Assembly: GCA_031288575.1 (NCBI GenBank)
Contig: JAITRD010000003.1
Location: 1-32,651 of the forward strand
Length of the DNA stretch: 32,651 nt
Direction: 5' to 3'
From: Treponema sp.
Lineage (GTDB): Bacteria; Spirochaetota; Spirochaetia; Treponematales; Breznakiellaceae
This document shows positions 17,097 through 23,585 of the stretch, one piece after another. The position numbers and the translations under genes were made by a program. The notes under the pieces were generated by a model. It did no database searches. It was not told where the DNA came from and was given only the letters and a program-made list of their open reading frames with translations. The first letter of the stretch is position 1, and every line of letters begins with the position of its first letter.

Positions 17097-19055
17097 ATGG
17101 CAAGCGAAAAAAAACCTTCAATATATGACGATCGCAGCACTATCGGATCATCCGATGAACTTGATGAATATGGAGTCTGGGTAAAAAGCGAACCCCAGGA
17201 TTTTTTTGCGGAAACTTCCGGAAATTTGGATTTACCTGCTCCGGATCTGGGAGATTTTGGCGATTTTGATATGGATTCGGCTTTGGCGGAATCGGGGGAA
17301 AATGATTTTTTTCAGGGCGATGAGCTTTTTGAAATGCCCCCCTCTGAAGGGGATTCCTTTAATGAGGAGGGTTTTTCCGTTGACGGCCTGGAATTTCCCG
17401 ACTTTGATTCGGACAAGGAGGGCGCCTTGACCGGGGAAACGGAGGAACCTTTTGATTTAGCGGATCTGCCGGAATCGGAAGAAATTTCCCTCCCCGGGGA
17501 GGAAGGGGGGGATTCTCCCTTAGATTTTAGCGAAATTTCTATGACCGCTTTGCCTGGCGATTCCTTCCAGGAGGAGGCATTCCTCCCGGAGGAAGAAATT
17601 CCGGAAGGGGCCGAAAATACCCCGGATTTTGATTTTGACACCCTTGACAGGGATAGGGATACCGAAGGGGAGGCCCGCGAAAGGGCCCCCGGCCAGGATC
17701 TTTCCACCCAGTTGTTAATGAAAATCGCCGAAGAGTTATCCTCTATCCGGCTTGAATTATCGAGCCTGAAAAAGCAATTCCAGGCCCGGCGGGAGGATAT
17801 CCCCGAAAAAGCAGCGGAGGAAGCCCCGGGGCATGGTTTTTTTGGCGGAGAAAATGAAGAAGAGGATGAAAAAATAGCCCTTACCGGCGACGAGCTTGAC
17901 ACCATTATCCATACCCCGGATCTTACCGAAAAAGACGCCGAAGTTCCGGAAGAGCCGGAAGCCCCGGTTCCTGAGGAAAGGGGGGATTTTGTTTTCGAGG
18001 ATGATACAAACCAGGATATAGCCGCGGAGGATATCACCATCGATCTTGATTTGGACCTGGACCAGCCCGCGATAGAAGCCTTAAGCGATACGAATGAGAT
18101 CCCTGGGGAAGAAAAACCCGGGGAACCGCCGCTTCCTGATTCCCCGGAATTTGAAATTTCCCTTGATTCGGAGGAATTATTAACAGAAGAAAAAGCGGTT
18201 CCGGATACGGAGGATTCTTCCTTCGATTTGAGCCTCGACGATTTAAACTTTGAGGAAGATGCCGAAGTTCCTTCCGGAATTGAAGAGGCTGAACTTGGTT
18301 TAAGCGCCACGGAAACGGAGGAACTGGAAACCCTGATGGAAAACGGCTTGGATCCCATGACCCCCCTTTTGGAAGATCCAAGTTATTTAGAGGAAGATCC
18401 CCTGGATTCGGTGGCTTCTTCCTTTTCCGACATTTCCTCCGATTTATCCAACGCGGTTATTGATGAGCCGGATCTTTCAGGCGAAATTAAAGAAAATCCC
18501 CTGAAAGAACCGGTCCTGGAGAGTATTACCCTGGATGATTTATTCGCGGATGACCTCAAGGAAGACATTCCCTTGCATTTTGATGACCCGGCCTTGGATG
18601 ACGCGGAGGGGGAAGAGCTTGAAATTCCCTTGCATGAAGAAGAAAGCCAGGAGATGCCCGGGGAGGAGCCGGCGGAACTGGAAGAAGAGGATTTTTCCCC
18701 GGTTATCCCCGAAGCTTTTACCTTTGAGGAGGAGGATGCCCCGGCTTTCCTTGATGAGGATTTAGGGGAAGAGGAGGATATTGAAGAAGCGGCCCTGTTC
18801 CCCGCTGAAGCGGAGATTCCCGCTAATGAAACGGCCCCGGTACAAGAGGCCGGTTCCGTAATGGAAGCGGCGGAAGAAAATAAAGAACCCCAGTTTTCTT
18901 CTATTCCCTCTAATTTACAGCAGGAACTTAAGACGGTTCTTGTTTATATGGATCAGCTTTTGGAATCCCTTCCGGAAGATAAAATTGAAGAATTTGCCAA
19001 ATCAGAATATTTTAACACCTACAAAAAATTGTTCAAAGAATTAGGGCTTGTTTAA
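17097..19055 (+). CDS. Polyacidic, probably largely disordered protein (652 aa) with short ordered-looking N-terminal, central and C-terminal segments
   Basis: Long ORF with an SD. My hand count gives about 204 D/E against about 31 K/R. The non-acidic islands are ELDEYGVWVKSEP (N-terminus), LSTQLLMKIAEELSSIRLELSSLKKQFQARR (middle) and LKTVLVYMDQLLESLPEDKIEEFAKSEYFNTYKKLFKELGLV (C-terminus). Confidence 0.75.
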   Translation: MASEKKPSIYDDRSTIGSSDELDEYGVWVKSEPQDFFAETSGNLDLPAPDLGDFGDFDMDSALAESGENDFFQGDELFEMPPSEGDSFNEEGFSVDGLEFPDFDSDKEGALTGETEEPFDLADLPESEEISLPGEEGGDSPLDFSEISMTALPGDSFQEEAFLPEEEIPEGAENTPDFDFDTLDRDRDTEGEARERAPGQDLSTQLLMKIAEELSSIRLELSSLKKQFQARREDIPEKAAEEAPGHGFFGGENEEEDEKIALTGDELDTIIHTPDLTEKDAEVPEEPEAPVPEERGDFVFEDDTNQDIAAEDITIDLDLDLDQPAIEALSDTNEIPGEEKPGEPPLPDSPEFEISLDSEELLTEEKAVPDTEDSSFDLSLDDLNFEEDAEVPSGIEEAELGLSATETEELETLMENGLDPMTPLLEDPSYLEEDPLDSVASSFSDISSDLSNAVIDEPDLSGEIKENPLKEPVLESITLDDLFADDLKEDIPLHFDDPALDDAEGEELEIPLHEEESQEMPGEEPAELEEEDFSPVIPEAFTFEEEDAPAFLDEDLGEEEDIEEAALFPAEAEIPANETAPVQEAGSVMEAAEENKEPQFSSIPSNLQQELKTVLVYMDQLLESLPEDKIEEFAKSEYFNTYKKLFKELGLV

Positions 19056-19056
19056 A

Positions 19057-19500
19057 ATGGGGCTTTTAAGCAAAGCCGCGGCCAAGGCAGCCTCCGCGGG
19101 GGACAAACATGATATGCCTGAAAAAGGGGGGGTAAAACCTGTCTTTGAAGGGGCCGAACATAAAAAAGCCTCCGCCGGGGAAGCGGCGCAAAAGATAAAG
19201 GAAAATATTACCCAATACTACAGGGACAATAGCCCCTTTCAGGGAATTATCCTGGAAAATTCGGGGCGGGCCGGGGAAGAAAAGGGCAAAAAATCCCTCG
19301 ATCAGGTGACGGATATGATCCTCTGTTTTGGCATCGGCATCGGACTGCCGGGGGGACGCAGCCTGGTCCTGCTGCCCGCGTCTTTGGATCGGGAATTAAT
19401 CGCCCACCGGATTTCCCATAGCCTTGACATTCCGTCCCTGAGCACCTTTTGGGCGGACAATCCGGAAGGGGCGATGAAAGAACTGGTATCCTTTCTTTAA
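19057..19500 (+). CDS. Hypothetical protein (147 aa)
   Basis: ATG 19057 lies 1 nt after the TAA of the upstream gene. The track's TTG 19048 would overlap that gene. The C-terminal part (LPGGRSLVLLPASLDRELIAHRI) weakly resembles a degenerate GGDEF core. Confidence 0.6.
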   Translation: MGLLSKAAAKAASAGDKHDMPEKGGVKPVFEGAEHKKASAGEAAQKIKENITQYYRDNSPFQGIILENSGRAGEEKGKKSLDQVTDMILCFGIGIGLPGGRSLVLLPASLDRELIAHRISHSLDIPSLSTFWADNPEGAMKELVSFL

Positions 19501-19507
19501 TAATAAA

Positions 19508-20995
19508 ATGCGGGAACGGCTGATAAGCGCCCAAAACGGAGCGCCTACCGCCTATGTGGGGGACAGGCCCCTCCATTCCCGGTACGATCCCCGGGGGGAG
19601 GCGGAAAAATATATCCGGGCCTTGCGTCTTTCCCCGGAGATCCGTTTTTTTATCCTCCCCGAACCGGGGCTCGGTTATATCCTTCCCCCCCTTACCGAAA
19701 GGTTTCCCCAGGCTAAGATTATCGTCCTCCATCTCTCGGACTTTTTTACCCTGGAGACAACCGCGGGGAAGCGGTCAGCGGCTGTCTGGAGCCCGGGAAG
19801 CGGCACGGGCCTTCAGGAATTTCTGGAAAATGAAATTCCCGATACCGAAGCAAGGGCCATAAGGATCATCGAATGGAGGCCGGCCCAGGCGGCTTACGGG
19901 GAGGATTACCTCCGGCTCCTTTCCGAAACCGCCGACTTTATTAAACGGGCAGACGCTAATAAAAGAACCGCCCGGGGTTTCGGCCGGAGATGGGTAAAAA
20001 ATTTTTTTAAAAACCTAAGGCTCCTCGGGACTGTCGTCAGCTACCCTCCCCTTGCCCGGCCTGTCATCGTTACCGGCGCGGGGCCTTCCCTGGAGGAATC
20101 CATCCCCCTTATCCGGGAAAAGAAAGAAAGGGGCGGGCTTATCCTCGCGGCGGCGTCCTCGGTTCCGGCGCTTTTTGCGCGAAGCCTCGCGCCGGACCTG
20201 GTCATCAGTACCGACGGCGGGGGATGGGCCCTTTTTCACCTCTATGAGGGGCTGCGAAGGGGAAAAGCCGCGGGCCCCCCCCCCTTTGATCTTGCGGCGA
20301 CCCTTAACGCCGCCCTTCCCTCCCAATGCGGGGACCTCTCCCTCTTACCCATCAGTGACGGCAGCCTCTGGCAGGATCTGCTGCTGCGGGGACTGGGCAT
20401 TCCCTTCATCTCCCTGCCCCAGCGGGGGACCGTAACCGCCTCGGCCCTGGATTTGGCCTTTTCCCTTACCCGGGGCAAGGTTTTTATCGCCGGGACGGAC
20501 CTTTCCCACCGGGACATACGCACCCATGCCCGGCCGTATAGTTTTGAACGGCTTTGGGAGGAAGGGGCAAACCGCCTTTATCCGGTTTATACCCAGAGTT
20601 TCCTCCGCTCCCGGGCCATCGCCGCCGGGGGAAGCCATGACATCTATGCGTCCTGGTTCAGCCGCCAATTGGCGCTTTATCCCGGCCGCCTTTTTTCCCT
20701 GGGGAATAACCATCCCCTTTTTAAGGGCCTGGCAAGCCCGGGCGGGGAGCCGGAGGCCGGGGAACCAGGCCCCTACGCCCGGAAATTCTGGGTAAACCGG
20801 GAAAACCTTGCCGGCCGGGCCGGGGCGCTTCTTTTAAGGGCCTTTGCCGACGAAAAAACCGCGGCGGCCCTTGCCGGAGCGCTGGCCCCCCTGGTTTTGC
20901 CCGATCAGGATGCCCCCGATCCCGGCCAGGTGAGGGAGGCCCTCTTTTCCCTTCTCAAGGGCTGCCTGCCGGTACGGGAGGCCCCCCGTGGATAA
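19508..20995 (+). CDS. Motility-associated-factor (Maf)-like glycosyltransferase family protein, DUF115/MptE-like core
   Basis: LHSRYDPRGEAEKY near the N-terminus. The DUF115 core is PVIVTGAGPSLEESIPLIRE...APDLVISTDGG. Confidence 0.75.
   Translation: MRERLISAQNGAPTAYVGDRPLHSRYDPRGEAEKYIRALRLSPEIRFFILPEPGLGYILPPLTERFPQAKIIVLHLSDFFTLETTAGKRSAAVWSPGSGTGLQEFLENEIPDTEARAIRIIEWRPAQAAYGEDYLRLLSETADFIKRADANKRTARGFGRRWVKNFFKNLRLLGTVVSYPPLARPVIVTGAGPSLEESIPLIREKKERGGLILAAASSVPALFARSLAPDLVISTDGGGWALFHLYEGLRRGKAAGPPPFDLAATLNAALPSQCGDLSLLPISDGSLWQDLLLRGLGIPFISLPQRGTVTASALDLAFSLTRGKVFIAGTDLSHRDIRTHARPYSFERLWEEGANRLYPVYTQSFLRSRAIAAGGSHDIYASWFSRQLALYPGRLFSLGNNHPLFKGLASPGGEPEAGEPGPYARKFWVNRENLAGRAGALLLRAFADEKTAAALAGALAPLVLPDQDAPDPGQVREALFSLLKGCLPVREAPRG
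20275..20284 (+). repeat. C10 homopolymer inside the Maf-like CDS (codons GGC CCC CCC CCC)
   Basis: Counted directly: 6 C at 20275-20280 plus 4 C at 20281-20284. It is the longest G/C run I found in the window. Confidence 0.9.
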
Positions 20996-22646
20996 ACGCT
21001 TTTTCTTTGAGCGGAACCTTTTGGCCCTGTCCCGGACGGACCCGGCCCTTTGTTCCCGGCTTTCCGCGGCGGAAACAACGCAAAACAGGTATAAATTCCT
21101 CGAATCCCGTTCCGGGGAGATCGTTCCCGCCCTGGTTACCGCGGAGGGCGGCGCCCGCCCCTTACATTCCCTGGTGGACCCCCAAAAAGAAGGGCGCCGC
21201 TTTATCTCCGCCAGCGAACAGGAGGGGTTCCTTATCTTTTTGGGCCTGGGCGGAGGTTTCGCCGCCGCCGCGGCCCTGGAACGGGAGGATGTCCACCGGG
21301 TTCTGGTGATCGATTACGATATCAACGGCGTGGCGGAATTATTCTGCTCCCGGGAGTATATCAGAATTTTAAGCGATCCCCGGTTCCGGCTTCTGGTAGA
21401 CAGCCCGGAGGAGCTCATCAGGGGGTATATCCTGGACAACTATCAGCCAGTTTTTTCCGGGGGAATCAGGATGCTTCCCTTAAGGCCCCGGCTCGAAGGG
21501 GATCCGGTCAAATTCAGCCGGGCAGGGGCCGCGGTGGAGTCCGCCATTGAGGCAATTTCCGCCGATTATTCAGTTCAGGCCTATTTCGGAACCCGGTGGT
21601 TTTCCAATATTATCAGGAATATTTTCCGGGCGGCGGAAGCCTATAGCCCCCTGGGGCCCGTCCGGAAGGCGGCGGTATGCGCCGCGGGCCCTTCCCTGGA
21701 CATTCAGCTTTCCCGGCTTTTGGAAAAACGGGAACGGCTCTTTGTTTTTGCCGTGGATACAAGCCTCCCCAGCCTCCTCCAAAGGGGCTTGGAACCGGAC
21801 GCGGTGGTTTCCATCGACTGCCAGCATATTAGCTACTACCATTTTATGAACGGCCTTCCCCGGGGGGCCTCCCTTTTTCTGGACCTGGCAAGCCCCCCCC
21901 TGGTGGCATCCCGGTCGGAAAGGCCCTATTTTTTTTCCGGGGGCCACCCCCTCTCCCACTATATCTCCCGGTACTGGCGGCCCCTGCCGCCGGTGGATAC
22001 CTCCGGGGGCAATGTTACCTACGCGGCATTGTCCCTGGCGGATAAACTCGGCGCCGGGGAGATAGAGCTTTACGGGGCCGATTTTTCCTATCCCCTGGGA
22101 CGCACCTATGCCCGGGGAACCTATATATATCCCTATTTTGAAAACCGGCAAAACCGCTTTTCCCCCCTGGAGGGGCTTTTTTCCTCCTTCCTCTACCGCG
22201 ATACATCCTTAAAGCGGGTGGAAAAGGAAACCTCCTGGTATTACGAGACCTGGGCCTTAACCATGTACCGCCGGAAGGTGGAGGAGCAAAAGCTCCGGGC
22301 GGCCCTGTTTCCCATTCCTGGCCTGGGGCCTCCCCTGGCGGCCCGGGAAAAAACAAAAGAGCCCGGGGAGCTTTCCCTCTTTGCCGCGGGCAAGGCTTCC
22401 ATGGGGGCGGGGGAATTCCTGGACACCTACCGGCGGGATATCCGCGCCCTGCCCCTTCTCCGGGAAGGGCCCGAGGCCTATCTTAAAAAACTTAACCCCA
22501 GGGAAAAACAGATCCTTACCACCCTTATTCCTGAAGCGGCGGCAATAAAACGCTGCCGCCCGGAGCTCAATACCGCGGAACTCCTTGAGGCGGTTCAGGC
22601 CTACTGTCTTAAAGAAATCGACCGGGTATTACAAAGCAAAGGATAA
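20988..22646 (+). CDS. Motility-associated-factor (Maf)-like glycosyltransferase family protein, DUF115/MptE-like core (second paralogue)
   Basis: GTG start with GGGAGG 7 nt upstream and an 8-nt overlap with the previous gene. It has a Maf-type N-terminus (FFERNLLALSRTDPALCSRL ... LHSLVDPQKEGRRF) and the core AVCAAGPSLDIQL...EPDAVVSIDCQ...LYGADFSYP. Confidence 0.8.
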   Translation: MDKRFFFERNLLALSRTDPALCSRLSAAETTQNRYKFLESRSGEIVPALVTAEGGARPLHSLVDPQKEGRRFISASEQEGFLIFLGLGGGFAAAAALEREDVHRVLVIDYDINGVAELFCSREYIRILSDPRFRLLVDSPEELIRGYILDNYQPVFSGGIRMLPLRPRLEGDPVKFSRAGAAVESAIEAISADYSVQAYFGTRWFSNIIRNIFRAAEAYSPLGPVRKAAVCAAGPSLDIQLSRLLEKRERLFVFAVDTSLPSLLQRGLEPDAVVSIDCQHISYYHFMNGLPRGASLFLDLASPPLVASRSERPYFFSGGHPLSHYISRYWRPLPPVDTSGGNVTYAALSLADKLGAGEIELYGADFSYPLGRTYARGTYIYPYFENRQNRFSPLEGLFSSFLYRDTSLKRVEKETSWYYETWALTMYRRKVEEQKLRAALFPIPGLGPPLAAREKTKEPGELSLFAAGKASMGAGEFLDTYRRDIRALPLLREGPEAYLKKLNPREKQILTTLIPEAAAIKRCRPELNTAELLEAVQAYCLKEIDRVLQSKG

Positions 22647-22647
22647 C

Positions 22648-23496
22648 TCAGGGGGAATGCCAGCTCAAGGCGCCGTATCCGACAAAGGAATCGGGGATAC
22701 CCCTTGCGGCCGCTCCGGCATCCGCGTCGGCGCTGGTACCGTAAGCGAGGAGGCGGGCCTGTCCCGCCCCTGAGGCCCGGGCAAAGCCTAAGGCGCCCAA
22801 TACGGCTCCAACTGAGCAAGCGGAAAAATCCTCCTCCGCCCGGCGGAGTATCTTTCCGCCGTCCCCCTCCAGAACCGCTTGAATAAAGGCGGCATCGTTG
22901 ACTTCCCGTACCCAGCCCAAGGCCGTTTTTCCCCGGCCCCGGGGGCTAAAACCGTAATTATCCCCATAATGGGTGAGATCCGTGGAACCCAGGACCGCCG
23001 TTTTCCGGTTCAAAGCCGCGGCGGTACGGGCAATAAGCTCCCCCGCGTCCAGGGAGGCGATTTCCGCGGGGAGCCTAATCCAGAGAACGCGGGAACGGGG
23101 AAAATAGTACCGCACCATGGGAAGCAAAATTTCGACGGTATTATCCTGATACCGGTCAGGCCGGCCGCCGAGGGCCTTTTTAAGGATATCCCGGAATTCA
23201 CCGTCTATGGGAAGATCCCCCAGGGGAGTCCGGACCCCGTCTTCCTCGGCAAAAAGAGGGGGCATGCCCGCGGGCAAATGACCGCCGATAACGGCCACGG
23301 TTTCTGCCCGGGGGTCCAGAGCCGAGACCGCGGCGGCGGCAATAGGGCCGGAATAAAACCAGCCCGCGTGGGGGGCAAAGGCGGCAAGGGCGTTACGGGG
23401 TTCCTTTCCCGGAGGAAGCCCCTCCAGAAAAAGGGTTATCTTTTCCGCGCTTTCGGGGTACCAGGGTACGGGAAGGCGCCGTTCTCTCAGGATCAT
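22648..23496 (-). CDS. Memo-like protein (AmmeMemoRadiSam system protein B family)
   Basis: N-terminal RLPVPWYPES, APHAGWFYSGPIAA, VIGGHL and GSTDLTHYGDNYGF. GGAG lies 5 nt upstream of the ATG. Confidence 0.85.
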   Translation of the reverse strand: MILRERRLPVPWYPESAEKITLFLEGLPPGKEPRNALAAFAPHAGWFYSGPIAAAAVSALDPRAETVAVIGGHLPAGMPPLFAEEDGVRTPLGDLPIDGEFRDILKKALGGRPDRYQDNTVEILLPMVRYYFPRSRVLWIRLPAEIASLDAGELIARTAAALNRKTAVLGSTDLTHYGDNYGFSPRGRGKTALGWVREVNDAAFIQAVLEGDGGKILRRAEEDFSACSVGAVLGALGFARASGAGQARLLAYGTSADADAGAAARGIPDSFVGYGALSWHSP

Positions 23497-23562
23497 AAAA
23501 ACTCCGCCGGAAGAAAATCCCGGGATTTATAAATTTATCAAGGATAATCCTAGCATGACATT

Positions 23563-23571
23563 AAAAAAAAA
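23563..23571 (+). repeat. A9 homopolymer immediately upstream of the TATAAT box of the next gene
   Basis: Counted directly: A x8 at 23563-23570 plus A at 23571. Confidence 0.85.
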
Positions 23572-23573
23572 TA

Positions 23574-23579
23574 TATAAT
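23574..23579 (+). promoter_or_regulatory. Consensus -10 hexamer TATAAT, 6 nt upstream of ATG 23586
   Basis: TATAAT at 23574-23579 is followed by AAACCC and then the ATG. There is no SD, and I see no good -35 (TAGCAT at 17-nt spacing). Confidence 0.35.
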
Positions 23580-23585
23580 AAACCC

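Noticed and set aside
17312-18358. 348-aa Ser-rich ORF antisense to the polyacidic protein gene
   Set aside because: It is a mirror image of GAA/GAG/GAT-rich codons (TTC/CTC/ATC give S/F/L/I-type frames). It has no start context. The sense ORF has a promoter, an SD and structured terminal modules.
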